NCBI GenBank assembly: GCA_013265495.1
Contig: MU059829.1
Coordinates: forward strand, 3,720,001-3,784,000
Direction: 5' to 3'
Length of the DNA: 64,000 nucleotides
From: Vicugna vicugna
Lineage: Eukaryota
In this document: piece by piece, positions 1 through 13,624 of the stretch
Layout: the number at the start of each line of letters is the position of its first letter
How positions within the stretch are numbered: position 1 is the stretch's first letter
Position numbers and translations under genes: made by a program
The notes under the pieces: generated by a model
Database searches by the model: none
The model's input: the letters and a program-made list of their open reading frames with translations, nothing else
Told to the model about the DNA's origin: nothing

Positions 1-62
1 TGTATCTTTCCCAATTAGAGTTTCTAGATACTCACCCAGAAGTGGGATTGCTGGATCACATG
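1..62 (-). mobile_element. L1 fragment (3' region, antisense), cut by window edge
   Basis: cccagaagtgggattgctggatca matches the remembered L1 3' consensus in reverse orientation. Confidence 0.6.
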
Positions 63-689
63 TAACAGTCACCTGTCCTTTAACAGCCAACACCCATGAC
101 CCTCCATCCCACGCGGCCATGCTGTCTTACCGCAGCAACCCCCGGCACACACATCCACTTTTATCTTCTCATCATGACGTGCCTGTCCCATTCACTGTCC
201 TGACCCTGCACCCTGTCGGCTGACAGGCGGTTGGCCCATGACAGTGACACGTGTCTCCCCTCCCAAGGTGTGTGTGTGTCTTTCTTTTCATGGACCTTCT
301 GAAACATCTGTGTCACGGGGACTCCAGGAGATTTTTCACAAGTCTTCAAACTAAACCACACAAGGGTCTGCCTGCCCTGAACTTACTAGGAGCGACTGTG
401 GGTTCTATTCAGTTCTGGTTTGCCCTGGAATCAGGCTTCTGGAATTTCATTTACTTTTAGGGAAAAAAAAAATACATTTCTAAGGTCGGACAACCTTTTC
501 TGGACCCGCAGGTCCACCGTTGTAAGTGACGGATTTCTCCTGCTTTGTGAAGTGGCCCATCGGAAACGTCTGTCATCCCAGTCAGTGACGGGCTCGTGCT
601 GCGCAGCGGGGCAGAGCGCCGCCATTGACATCACTTGTCCGAAGTGGGCTGGCGTGACCTGGTTCGAACGTAAAACGATCGAGCCATTG

Positions 690-1258
690 CGTGAGGAGTA
701 TGGACGTTCCCCAAAAAGCTTAAATAGAGTTACCAGGTGATCCAACTATTTCATTTCTGGGTGTTTATCCAGAAGGATTCAAAGCAAGATCTGGAGAGAT
801 ATCAGCACCCCCACATTCACAGCAGCCCGAGTCCCAGCAGCTGAGAGGTGGAACCAGCACAAAGGGCCCCGGACAGACGAGTGGGTGGAGGACATGTGAT
901 CCATCCCTCTAGTGGAAGGTCGTGAAGCCTCAAAAAAAGGGGCTCCTGTCTCAAGCTGCAGCACGGACGAGCCTTGAGGATGCTGCAGAGTGACACGAGC
1001 CAGCCACAAGGGCAAATGTGGTAGGATTCCAGTTTCACGAGGAACCCGGAGTGGTCAGATCCACAGGCAGCAAGCAGGATGCTGGGTTCAGGGCTGGGGG
1101 CGGGGAGAACGGAGGACGTGTGTTTATCCAGGTTGCCGGATGGGAGCGTTTGGAGGTCTGTCGCACGGCCACGGGCTGTCCTGACACCACTGAGCTGCAC
1201 TCCGCAGGGCTCCCGTGGGTAAATCGGACGTTCTGTTTTTCACCACAAATTTAAAAAA
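690..1258 (+). mobile_element. Old L1 (L1MB-like) 3' end
   Basis: Diverged L1 landmarks: aaatagagttacca..gatcca, catttctgggtgtttatcc, aaagcaagatct, terminal tttcaccacaaatttaaaaa. Confidence 0.7.
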
Positions 1259-2775
1259 TGCGTCAGTGTGATCTTATCCCTAAGACTAAGCAGTTACTAT
1301 TTAGAAACTAAGGTAGGTGTTTGGGTCTGGTGGATTTAGGGTTGAGAAGCTGGGAGTTTGGAAGAGCTAGCAGTTTATCGGCACTTTGTGAGCGGAAACC
1401 ACGTAAGCCATCACTCTTTATGGGGCCTTTTTTAATTCTCCTTAAGCATGGCCTTGAAACGCGGTGTGCGGGAGAATATATGAATGCTGAATCACACATC
1501 CACGGCTGGGATACTTTATGAAGATTTTCTACACTCTAACTCTAAAGCAGCACCAGGAAAAGAACACCTTCATTCTGCTTGACACGAAATGATGCTGCCG
1601 TGCGTGGAGTCCGCACAGATGCTGCTAGGCAATGCGGGCGCCTCAGGCCAGCGTGTCCGCCTGCCCTCGGCATCCCTGCAGAGGTGCTGCTTCAGGAGGC
1701 ACGTTGCTGACACGCCTCCAGATAGGCCCAGCGGAGCCCCCTGTGCGTTGAAGTAATGGAAGAATGAGATGACGTTTAGACCACACGGCCCCCCAGGTTT
1801 GGAGGCATGGGTACCACGGGGCGTCACCACTCGGAAGCACAGAATATTTACACGCACACGAGCGAGCAGGGGTCCCCTTAGTCACGTAGCCTCCACGTCC
1901 CTGGACAGAGAGCAGCTCAGAAAGGCCCGGCGGTGCGGAGGCCGAGCGAGGGGCCGGCCCCGAACAGAAGAGGGGCCCTGCTGCCACCCAGCACAGACGG
2001 GCAGCGAAGGCAACACTCAGCCAGTAGTTACGTTAAAATGGGGAGACTCTTGTAGAGAGAAGGCAGAGTGGGGCCCATCCTAGTCTGGGGGTAAGAAAGG
2101 ACGCACAGGGTGTTGGTGTCACTGAGGTGACACGGAGGGCTGGGAGGGAGGAAAGGACCCGCCGGCGGGAAGGAGCCGGGGTCTGGGGTCAGGTGACCCT
2201 CTCCGCATGGGGCAGCGGGACCGGCCGTGGGAGATGCACGCCCCCAGGGCTGCAGCGGGCATTTTCCCAAGGGCAGGTGAGGGTCAGGAAACAGTTTTCA
2301 CATAAAGACTGTTTTGAAGAGGCCTCCTGCCTGCCCTGGGGACACTCCTGAGGGCGGTCGTGAGCAGACACGGGGGCGGCCGGGACCTGTCGCCGTCACC
2401 CGGGGTCCGGCGCTTGTGACCGCAGAGCTGCCTGGGAGACACCTTGCTGACCTGCAGATGACCGTCTGTAACACGCAGCCCCGGCGCAGCGTCGGGCCCC
2501 ACTTCGAGGGCATGAGAAGCAAAGGGTCGTGTCCCATGTCATTTGGGAAGTGGCAGGTAAGGTCCAGTCAGGTGCCTGGAACCGGGGGATCAGGCTGATT
2601 TGGGGACAGAGATGACATAATCACAACCTACAAAGCTTGGAAATGCCGTTCTCTGAAAAACTGTCTCGTTTGGGATGGCTTCCAAGAGCTGTCCCTGGGC
2701 TGGCCTTCCTTGGGTAGCGTAAGGCGTGGACTGGGGACCAGCAGAGCCACTGGAAGGTTATTGGCGACTCAGGGC

Positions 2776-2856
2776 ACAGACACGCACACGCAGGCACACA
2801 CAAATGCACCCATGCACACGCAGGCACACACATGCACACACAGGCACACACACGCA
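2776..2856. repeat. Degenerate CA-rich microsatellite
   Basis: cacagacacgcacacgcaggcacacac... visible directly. Confidence 0.85.
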
Positions 2857-4189
2857 TCATTTCAAGACTGATCCCACCGACCGACCCACCCCGCACTGGT
2901 GTGTTGCTTCTTGCTGCTTGAAAACCAGCACCAGGCAGCTGTCGGGTTGGAGAGCTCGGGGACTCCCAGCGTGGTTCTCAGGCCCTCCTTCGGTCATGAC
3001 TGGCCAAGGACATCTGACTCTTCGCAGGCTCTGTCGCTGTGTCCCGGAGAGGGCGGTCCCTGTGGCTCCCGGGTTGCAGGAGAGGAGACAGGTCTCTGAG
3101 CCCGGTTTTCAGTGCTGGCGTAACCCACCGGCCTTTGGGGCCTGGTTTAGTTGCTCCTTCTTCCAGGGTTGAGGCTGGACGTTGCCGTGTGGTTTGGTGT
3201 CGCCAGTGAGATGTCAGTGGGGCCCGTCCACAAGGAAAGCCCTCCAGAGTCCACACTCAGTCAGCAGGTAACGAGGCCCCAGCCTCCTGTCACGTGCCTG
3301 TCAGGCCCGGCCTCAGGGTCCCCAGTCCAGAGAGGTGTGTGGAGGTCCTGCCGACCTGAGCAGGAACGCAAGAGGCTTCCCTGTGCAACTACATGTGACC
3401 ACCCACCACCCAGCCCCGGGGGGGGGGGCTGCCTCCTGGCACTGACACAGGGGCGCCGGGGCGGAGGCTGCAGAAGTGACCGCATCCTGGCCCAGGGGGC
3501 AGATCTGGGCCAGGTGATCACGTAATCACGGCAAACGGGCTCACCTGCGACTTCCCTGAAACTAACCTGCAGTGTGCTGGGTTTTCTTTTTTTAATGAGC
3601 TGTGTGACTTAGAGCACGTTTACAGAAGCAGTGATGGAAAGATGGTTGCGTATGACGATTTAAGCCCAAGTGTTGTCATCATCCTGATCTGCTGATGTTC
3701 TGGGAACGACTCCCTCCAGGAAGCACGCAGTTGACAGCCTTTCTTTCGTTCGTGGCTTGTATCACAAAAGGGAGAGAACTTTCACTCAGAGCATCACCTG
3801 TCATGACTGAGGACTTAACAGGAACAGAATAAGGCCACACGTCCCCCCGAGGTTCCGAAGTATTTGGACGACACCTAACACTCTTCACAGGAGGTTGGAC
3901 TCCTTTGAGATGAGACGGGAAGTCTCCCTGAAGCATCCACTTACGAACAACACCTTGAAATCCTAATTTTTGCTGAAATTTCATCAGCGTTCTTTCTCAA
4001 AGACTCATTTAAAAGAAAGAAGAAAAACGCTTTATTCCTTAATTTGCAGAAAGCGAAAATTGACCACCTGCTACGTCCTGAAACATCCAGGTACTTCAAA
4101 TAAACAGGCACGTCTGAATCTCTGGGTGCTCGTAACGGGAGTCCATCGTGCAGCCAACGCGACGAAGTAAGCTTCCCCCGGAACCTCCC

Positions 4190-5160
4190 CGGACAGAGAT
4201 GCCCGGTTCAAGCAGAAAGTTCAGTGGACGCGGTGAATCCTGCCCACGCCTGGCCGGCACGGCGCGGAACGCGGAGCGCGCGCGCCACCTCGTGGCTGGG
4301 CCGGGCGCTGCGGGCCGTGCCGGAGGGCCCCACCCCCGCCTTCGCAGGGCGCACCCGAGACCCCGGTGCCGCAGCTGGCCCTGCGGCCCCTCCGCTGCGG
4401 GCTCGCCCAGCGCCGTCACCTCCTGATTCTCGTGCTGCAGGGTGTTATTCTGAACCTCCCGCGAAAGCGCCCGGTCACTTGCGTGGAGCTGGGCGCCGCG
4501 CGGGAGAGCGCGGCGACGCCCCGTCGCGGCCCGGCCGCGGCCCCCGCCCTGGGCCTGCCGCGCCCTAGTCCTTGGTGTCCAGGCGGCGAGCCCTGCGGCC
4601 AGCAGGTCTCCTCGTGAAGCCCCGCAGGGGCGCTGCAGGGCGCCGACCACGTGAGGGAAGCGGCCGTCCTGCCGCAGAAGCGAAGTGGAGGCACGTCGGT
4701 CTCACGTGGTTTGTAGATCCGGGCTCGGGAAGGGTGTCCGATCTGCACTCCTCTGCGCGGCCTTGCGCTGCGGTGGCAAAGCCAGGTGTCCCCGAAGAGA
4801 GGGGAGGGCAGAGGACAGCGACGGGGACGCCTGCGTCCGGGGGGCAGGACGCACGCGCGGGCGCCGCGCTGCGTGGAGAACCGGCGGCTGCCGCGAGGCG
4901 AGGCTTCGGGCGGGCCCACCCGCCGTGCGGTGGGGCGGTGGGAAGAGGGGCCGCCTCCGGGCGGGGCGGTGGTGACAGGAGGAGGCCCTGGGGGGGTGCT
5001 CTGTCCCCAGAGGAGGGACGCGCCATTTGTCAGAATGTATCAAACTGTACAAACTCAACCTGCACATTTAATGTATAAAAAATTACACTTTGAATTTTAA
5101 AAAAGAGGTTTAATGGAAAAATAAGCGGGGTGGCCGCTCTCTGCCCGTTTGATTGGAATC
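4190..5160. promoter_or_regulatory. CpG island with promoter motifs; target gene not identified
   Basis: Very dense CpG from about 4190 to 5030. E2F-type TTTCGCGGG on - (4458-4466), two CACGTG E-boxes (4648-4653, 4703-4708), GC boxes (4932-4938, 4959-4969), YY1-like CGCCATTT (5021-5028), CCAAT on - (5152-5156). Confidence 0.7.
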
Positions 5161-5438
5161 GGTTCCACTGGACAAAGGCCACGCCTAAAGACACTTTTGA
5201 AAAATGCTTTTAATTCTAGATTTTCTATTAATTTAGGCATTTCAGAGGCTTTGTGATAAAACCATTTAGATTCTTAGAAGCTCCTTTGTCGCTGGTTTAA
5301 CTACCTCCGCATTCGTTAACAGCGGTCTTGCAGCCCTGCCCCTGACGTGGGGTCCCCACCAGTATTGTGTTGGTTTGGTTTGGTTTGGTTTTATGTATTT
5401 TGCTGGATGGGGAGGCTGAAACCAGTTTGCTCTGACGC

Positions 5439-5452
5439 CCAGCAGGTGGCGG
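5439..5452 (+). promoter_or_regulatory. CTCF consensus site (forward)
   Basis: CCAGCAGGTGGCGG fits the core CCASYAGRKGGCRS at every position; binding not shown. Confidence 0.5.
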
Positions 5453-7789
5453 CCTCTCCCTGCAGCTCTCAGCTCTGCCTGCGGGGCCGGAGCGCCTCCC
5501 TCCTGGCTGCCTCATCCTGGTGCCCCCAGGGATGCTGGGCTGCAACACACGGTGCCAGAGGCAGTTCGAGAGCTCGGTTCCCTCCTCCAGGCACCGCAGA
5601 CAGCAGCCCTTGTGGTCCGGGACCTGCAGCCCAGGTTGTCCCGGTGCCTGTTTTGACGCCCAGAAGCCCTGCCTTCTCGGTGACCACCCGCTGCCCTTCC
5701 CAAAGCCAGTCAGAGCCACCGTGTGGGGTCCTGTTGTGACAGCAGCCGGTCACTGTGCCAATCTGTATCAGTGTGCAGCCCCACCCGAGGGTGCTCACTC
5801 TGCATGGACACAAGCTACGCAAGGCCAGGGGTGTGACCGCCATCCACCCTCTGTGTCCCCAGCACCCGCCAAGGTGGCTGACACGCACTCACACATGCGG
5901 CCACACCAGGAAACACTCCGTGAATATTATATGCGGGAACCATTTACAGGTTATAAACGTTGAAATAAGCCTTAGTGGTGTTTGGAATCTGCATGATCCT
6001 CTCAACACCGTTAGGTTTCAGACCATAATACAGATCAGCAAATGTCCTGTGGAATGAAAGTCCAAACACACAAGCACTTGCTTTGAAAAACCAGTTTTTC
6101 AATTCACACGCGTCACTGTTCGTACAGGCTGCGCGGAAAGCAGGAGGTCTTGTGATTGGTTCCCAATAATCTTTCTACCCTCATGAAAGAAAGACGCATC
6201 ATTAACACATTCTTCTGTCAATTTTGTTTTAAAAAATAAAGCTTCACGTGAACGATTGAGAAGGGAGGAAATAAAATCTCTGAAAAGACAGGTTTTCAGA
6301 AATGTAGTCAGAATTATGCGCGTGTGTGTGGAGGGGGAGTTGAAGGGCGGGAATGTGATTCGGAAATACGTCGTCTGGGATGGGAATGCCAACCGATGAT
6401 TCAATCGAGAGAATAGCTCCTACTTTCTGTAAGTCTGTCTCTGCAAATCTTAAGCAAACTCCAACTTTAAGCAACACTTAAAATCTCTGAACGTACATAT
6501 TTTTAACAGACCACATCCTATATTTAATCAGGCTAACAAATGTTCTAAACTGGCCAGTATTGGTGGAGAAACAGGAGGCAGGGGTCGCTACGCAGGACGT
6601 GGGTGGTGGGGTGTGGTCGGCGTGGCCACACCTCACAGGACCGAGGAGGAAGTGTGGCTGGGATGGTACAGGCAAAGATTAAAAGCTGTTTCCGGATTCA
6701 TAATTCTCTCTTTATAGCTTGATTTTAAAGGATAAATATTTAATAGCGATAATCGTGACATTGCTTAATCTAGAAACTATCACTTAAGCTAGAAAATTGT
6801 AGAAATATTACTAGGGCTCTACAGAAATACAAGAATTTCTAACTTTCTGCCACTGATATTAAATAACAGTTGTAAAGGGAAACTTCTGCTTAAAAATACA
6901 GACTTGACAGCACAGTTATACACGAGTTCGAGCTAGTAAATTTCTTAAGAAGTCTGACAGGTTCCATAACCAGAATATGTGTGTAGCTGTCAGTGTGAGT
7001 ATGAACGTGGTCACCCAGTCCTAGCGATTTAACCTCTACTTCAGGTTTGCAATTTTCAAAATGTCTATTAGAAATAGAATGAAATACAGCTCAAGACATA
7101 TCTTTTTATTAGTGAGGGATGTTGTGACAGCACCCATCAAAAAAGTCGGAATGCTTGAAAAAAAGAATTTAAATTTCCACCTAAAACAACTTTCGAGAAA
7201 TGCTCTGTCTCACAAATACTCCTTTGCTGTTCTAACAACTATGCTGATGCAAACGCTTTTCTCCCCTATGTTTGAAAGCCTGTCACAGGAGGCTGTCGCA
7301 GTCCAGCGCCGTGCCCTCACGGCCACGCCGCGGCTGCGGTGCTTCTCAGGCTGGTGGGTGACTGTGACGTGCTGTGGCACTTGCCGGCAGGAAGATTTTT
7401 TTTCATAAGAAATACAACACTTCTGTTCAAATGGGCCATCTGTTCCTAACTTCCTACAAGATTCAACCCTGAAATTTTGTCATTTCTTCTCTGCCCCTCA
7501 TATTCCCTTTCACCTTGGCCAGTAATAAATGAAAAGTTTTAAATTCATAGTCACAAATCGGCTACAGACTTTGCACTGAAAATTAAAATTAAACTTGGAA
7601 AAATGGTACAGAAATACTTTCTTAAGGATGAATATTGACCCTTCTGGATCTGACGCACAGTCCGGCTGGTGATGTCACAAATCACATGTGAGAAATAAGA
7701 TCAATATTAATCTTATCATATCACAAAGGAGACCTGGAGCCCCAGGTCTGGTCTCCGTGACTTAAAAACAAGGACGGATGTGGGGGGCA

Positions 7790-7975
7790 GTGCAGGAGGA
7801 GGGGGTTAAGGGGTACAGACTATGAGGCACAGCACAGGGAACATAGCCCATATTTACAACTGTCAATGGAGCAAAACCTTTGAAAACTTGAACCGCTGTG
7901 CTGTACACCTGCAACTTCCATGGTAGTGTACATCCATAGACTTCAATAAATAAGTAAGTAGGTAAAATAAAAAAT
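7790..7975 (+). mobile_element. L1 3'-end fragment (cetartiodactyl type)
   Basis: acagcacagggaacatagccca..., gctgtacacctg..aac, A-rich tail. Confidence 0.65.
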
Positions 7976-8132
7976 GAGGGCTGACGTCACTCCTTCCCCA
8001 GTCACTGAGCCACAGTCTGCTCAGGCTGACGTCACAAAGCACCTCGGACTGGGGTGGTTTCAACAGCAGCGTGCGGCGGGAGCACAGTCCTTCCTTCCAG
8101 TCTCACCACCCTCTCCCCGACCATGCCTTCAA

Positions 8133-8240
8133 CACGTGCGCACGCATACACACACAAAACATGCATAGACAGACATGCGTGCACACGCGTGCACACACAA
8201 AACATACGCGCACAGACACACAGACACGCGCTGACACACA
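8133..8240. repeat. Degenerate CA-rich microsatellite
   Basis: acacgtgcgcacgcatacacacac...cacagacacacagacac visible directly. Confidence 0.85.
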
Positions 8241-11200
8241 GACCCAGGACACGCTCCACCGAGGAGGATGGAGGAACCCCTAACCCCACAGAGCGTGGCC
8301 TCAGAAACTGACTTTGGAAAATAAGACCCAAAGTGTCGGCAGTGAAAGGCTCGTGGGAAGCCCACACAGCCGCCAGGCACAGCGGAGCCGCCACAGCACC
8401 TCTACCCGCTGCCCCAGGAAGCCGCACCCAGAGCACGCTTCGGCCCTCCTTCCGGAAGTCCTGCAGAGCTCACGGTGCAGCGCTCCTCCTCCGGAGCCCT
8501 CGTGGGTGTGGGCGGCCTGGTGGAGGGGGTGCCCCGTCGGACCCCTTGTCTTGCCCCACAGGGAAGCGGACAAGCAGACGCCGGGGATTATCTCCCTGGG
8601 GCGTCTCGTCCGTGGCTGAAGCCACGAAGTGCCCTCACGTCTCTTTCTTCCTCCCAGTGGCAGGTCACTTTGTTCAAATCAAGTTTGACCCCCAGCATCC
8701 CAGACATGAACCCAGGGCGGTTCCCACGACCGGCAGGTGTGGACGTCAGCCTCCGACTCCAGCTACCACCCACCCTGCACTGAGCCGAGGAGATCTGTTC
8801 AGAAGCCCTGGGACTCCCTGGAGCAGACGCCGAAATGACTCATCACATCAAAGCCGGACCTTCACAGAGGAGGAGAGTAAGGTGCCGAAAGCCCCGTTCA
8901 GGTGACATGTTCCCGTGTGCTGTCCACAGCGGCGGCCAGAGCCTCCCTGCTCCGTGCTGGCCCCAGCTGCCCTGGGGCCTGGGGCCACCTGTTTCGCAGG
9001 CTGAGGACAGCAGTCCTGCAGGAGCGCTGCGGCTGGTATAGACCCGCTCAGGGAGAGCCGGAAGGGCTTCCCCTCAGCTGGACCGGAGCCCTGAGGGCCC
9101 GTCACTCAGAGGCCAGAGCGCCCACTCCCCAGAGGGAAGGTGGGGCCCCTCCCCACAGCTAGGGTCTCCTGGGGAGCTTCCAGGTTCCTTTTAGGAACAG
9201 AAACCTAGGAATCTGGTCACCATCAAGTTAGGCAGGAATTACACCTGCTTCACGACTATGTCAGGAAACCACCAGGACTGGACCAAGAAGTGTTGTACTT
9301 CTTATGAAAAAAAATCTTCCTGCCGGCAAGCGCCACAACGACCCTGGCCTCCCAGAGGGGATACGGGCCTCCTGGTCAGCAGGTCTGAGGATCCGGAGGA
9401 GGCATTCGTGCCAGGAAGCCATTTTGTCACGTAGAGTGGTTTTTAATTAAAAATCAATAAAACCTTCGTTGTCTCTTTTCTGCCCTCCATTTATTAAAGA
9501 AATTGCTTACTTCATCAACCAAATAATTCAGCGTCCTCACCAGTCACCGTGAAGTCTAGGAAACGTGTCGCAGAAGCCCAGTTAAGGAAGGGGGAAGAAT
9601 TAAAGAGAACATATAAAAATAACAGACGCTGGAAGATGCTCAGCTTGAGTGTAAACAGGTTCGTTTCATCATATAGTTGCTGGAGTAACTCCTTTTTTAA
9701 TAAACAGGAAATACGCCTTCTGTATCACGGAGCAAATCGTTAGCACAAGTGAGTCGCCCTCCAGGAGCTGAGTGGTTAATCCACTGCTTCCCTTCCTGCT
9801 GTTCGCTGTTCAGAGGCTGTTTCAGAGCACATGGTGCTGAAGTGGTAACTGGCTCTTAGGACGCAAGGAGTTAAACGCCATGTAGACAGATAACTTCGAC
9901 AGGTGACACGCGACCGTCTGGGAGGATGTAAACGTCCCACTAAACTTCAGTGAAAGGCTTGGGATGTCACAGCCCCTCCCCCTGAGGGATGCTGTCCCCC
10001 TCGTCTTCCTCCGTCGGAGACTGGCCCCCGAATTCTAACACTGCGCAGTCACGGTGCGTCTAGCCCGCCCAAGGGGCGCGGGGGCTTCCTTCTGAGAGTT
10101 ACAGCAGAGATGGTCACGTAACCCAAGAGGCAGGTGTCTTTTTGGAAACAGCCTAAAATAAAAAATTTGAATTCCTTCTCTAATTCAGAATTCTGCTCAC
10201 TGGAATCAAAAGCCCCTACAGTGGAGGAACTGAGAGTGTTCGTAGACTTTTCCTTTAAACAGCTGAAGGTTTCTCATGCCGCGAGGGGACTGTTCAGCAG
10301 AATAAATATAAGACGGCAGAAACGACGATTAAACTTCCATTCAGGGAGCAGACTACTTTTAAATACTTTTATTGTGAAGTTCTGATTTGCATCGAAGCAA
10401 TTAATATGCTAATTATGAATAAGTCCCATGCATTTATTGACTCAGACCTCAGACACATTTCACCTACGTCAACTCCCTGTGTGTAGAAAACTCTGTGACC
10501 CCTCCTCTTTGTACCCCCCTCTGTCCCGACTGGTCCCCACTGGTCACGAGAACAGAGAGGCTGGCACCAGCATGCATTAAACGGGGCTGCTCGCGCAGGG
10601 CGCCTCCCTGCAGCTCTGTGGGTCCTTCGCTCAGGAGGCAGGCTTCCTGACTGTGACTGAGTGCTGGTGACCGACAGACCTGAGCGGAGGAGGCGGTTCC
10701 CCGTGACGACAGCGTTGTGCAGGGGTGTGCCTTTGTCAGTCAAGGACAGTTACTGTGTCCATCTGCACAGCGGGCCTGGGGCTGAAGTAACTTGTCCTGG
10801 GACAGAGTTAAGCAGCCACAGAGCAGAACCGTACCTGCAGTGGGTCACATTCTGCAGCTCAGGCTCCTAACCGCCGCCCTTCATTGCTGCACCGTGACTC
10901 GTGCGCGGCAGGGCGGCAGGGCGGCAGGGCGGTGCAGCTCTGGGCTCGCGTCCCGTCGCCTGCGGTGGAATCGCTGATCAGCTCGGTAAACACCTGTGTC
11001 GAGCACCCAGTGAGCTGAGACCTGGGGAATCCAGAAAGGGACCAACCGGGGCTTTGCCTTCTTGGGGCTCACCTCCCAAGGCTTCAGAAACAAAAACACA
11101 AGGGAAGAAGGTCCTGGCTTGTTACTGGGATGTGGTGACCCCTCGGAGAGCAGTGCCACCCCAAGGCCCGCTCTGCTGGTTTATTAACATGGCCTCACTC

Positions 11201-12139
11201 CGCCACACAATTACTCGAACATCTGATGAGCAAATCGGGACAAACCGCTTTTGCTGGAATGAATAACAGAAACACCAGCCGATCGTAAGCGAACACTGCA
11301 GGCACATCACATGTCATTACGTAGGGTTATTGGTTACTGGTCCCTGGAGAAGGGGCTTCACATGGGAGATGGGCTGGAAGTACTTCCCGGTAACAGGCCT
11401 CTTGGCTTTCAATCAGATGCCTTTGCCATCCGGCGCTAAAGTCACCGCGTCCCCTGCCTTAGAGGTACCCCTCAACTCCCACCGCAGCCCCCAGGAGCAG
11501 ACGGTGGTTTCCAGGTGTGTCTAAATAAAGATTATTTTTATAAAGGTGTGGGTACATGTCTCATGTGTCCTTTCAGCCTGATTGTCTGCTATAATTATGT
11601 TTTAAAAAGGAAAGAAAAGGTAATGGTGCACAGACTCACTGTAAACCCCCATCGCAGCCACTAGTTTTAATTGCGCCCTCCTCCTCCCAGGTCTGCGGGA
11701 CTGGGCTTCAGCTCATGAGATACGTCTGCTCGGCACTGCGCTTCTAAAGCCGGGAACATTCTGCTTATTTTACTCTCCTTTCTCCCAGTTCTTCACTTGC
11801 ACGGTCTGGGTAAATAACTTCAACTTGGAGAAGATGATAAGCACCGATCAAAAACAACAAAGGAAGCAAATTGCTTCCCACCTCCAGTGCAGCGTAGCGG
11901 AACTAATCATCTCCCGAGACGGCCACCTGATTTACAGATGCAGCGCCCGCCCCCTCGGGGTGTGCTTCCTTCCCGCTTGTGCGGAAGGACCGAACACAGA
12001 GGAAGTGAGCTAGCTGTCTGGTTTTTAAACAATGTCACTTAAAATGCAGCCCGCTCCCACCACGCACGAGGGCGAAGGAGCAGAGGCATGCGCTTCGTGC
12101 CACAAGCCTGTGGTCTCCATCAGGGGTCACACCTGGTGT

Positions 12140-12550
12140 TTGGACACGTGTCCACCATTGTCGCATCACAGTCATTTCACTGCTCTTAAAGCGTCTGTGC
12201 TCCACCTGTGCATCCCCCCTCCTCCCAGCCCCCGGCCCCCCTGGCCTGTTACTGCCTCCGTGGTTTTGCCCTTTCCAGAAGGTCCTAGAGTCGGAATCAT
12301 GCAGTGGGCACGCAGCCTGCTCGGATGGGCCTGTTTCCCTGGGCCGTGTGCACTTTAGGCTCCTCCGGGCCTTTTCATGGCTTGGCAGCTCCAAACCAGG
12401 TGGACCCCAGTTTATTTGCCCGCACCCACACCGAAGGTCATCATGGTTGTTTCCAAGTTTTGGCAGTTACGAACAAAGCTGCTGTAAATATCTGTGTTCA
12501 GGGTTTTATGTGGACATAAGTTTTGGACAAAACTCCTTTGGGTAATTCCT
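12140..12550 (-). mobile_element. Old L1 (L1MC/MB-like) 3' fragment, antisense
   Basis: ggttgtttccaagttttggcagttacgaacaaagctgctgtaaatatc...gtggacataagttt resembles the remembered L1MC reverse strand. Confidence 0.65.
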
Positions 12551-13624
12551 GTGGAACCAGACCCTCTGCAGGGAAGTGGGGGCGGGACTCCTGCACGTCT
12601 CCATTCAGATGCTTCAGAAGAGCCTCCCCAGGAGCCTGTGCTGCTTAACTCCGCGCAGACCAGACGTGGAAACGAGACACGCTAATGAAGGTGCGTGTTA
12701 GCTCATTCTGGGCAAAATCCCAGGTATCAGAGAGGCGGCAGCAGGCCATCTTCCTGGCCTCAGGGAAGACCCCGGAGAAAGCAGAACGCCTCGCACGCTG
12801 ACTAGAGAAGCATTAAAAGCATAAACTGAGACTGAGATCCGTTTCCCGTCAGCAGGGTGCCCTCGCCTCCCCACCTGGCAGGAGCCGTTTGCAGTGTGCG
12901 GGGCCACACGCCAGTGGGCCTGATGAGGAGCAGGGTCTGTGTTTGCAAACTCAGACCTGTCTGTACCTGAGAAATTACCCTGAACGCCTTTATGGCAGGA
13001 CCACCTTCATGTGTTGGGAGTCTTGGGACCTGCCCAGTGTTCCCAGCAGGCAGCTTGGCGACCTTGAACACCTCGCTGTGCTGCTCCCCCCGGGGTCAGG
13101 ACCCCGCTGAGGGCATGTCCTGAGATCCTCCATGTCCCGGGAGGTGCTTTGACCGCAGGAGGCAGCCCCTCCCTCCTCTTCCCACAGCCCCACCTGTCAG
13201 AACGAAATGACGCCGATGGTCCTTCCTGTGGGGACACCTCCAAGTCCATCCCAGTGTTGCGTGGAGGTGCAGGCCGCCTGGGCCGCCTGGGACCCAGACC
13301 TGGCGTCGGCAGCCAAGGCAGGGGGGGCGCAGGGAGGGGCCCTTCCCCCAGTAGAAGAAGGAAGAAAAGAGAAAACGAAACAGCAGTCACCCCCCGACCA
13401 GCAGGCACAGCCTCTGAGACCCCACCGGCTCGCACAGTCTGCGGGTTTAGGAGCAATAAGGGAAAATGAGAATAACTCATACCTGCACGTCACGCATAAA
13501 CCAGCTCCTAACGACAGCAGGATAGCACCCGTGGAGACGTCATCTGGGGGAGGTGTTCCAGGGTCAGGTGGGCTGAGGCGCCCTGTCCCAGCCCGTCCCT
13601 CTGTCCTGCGTGAACCCAGAGGCC

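Noticed and set aside
3530-3960. Isolated - strand donor consensus sites (CAG|GTGAGC near 3544; TTC|GTAAGT near 3946) as exons of an island-driven transcript
   Set aside because: No convincing upstream polypyrimidine tract or acceptor and no coding signal. Cannot be supported without RNA data.
4096-4650. 184-aa - strand ORF (and overlapping ORFs) across the CpG island
   Set aside because: Arg/Gly/Ala-rich translation typical of CpG islands, non-ATG start, no recognisable homology. Kept only as a promoter candidate.
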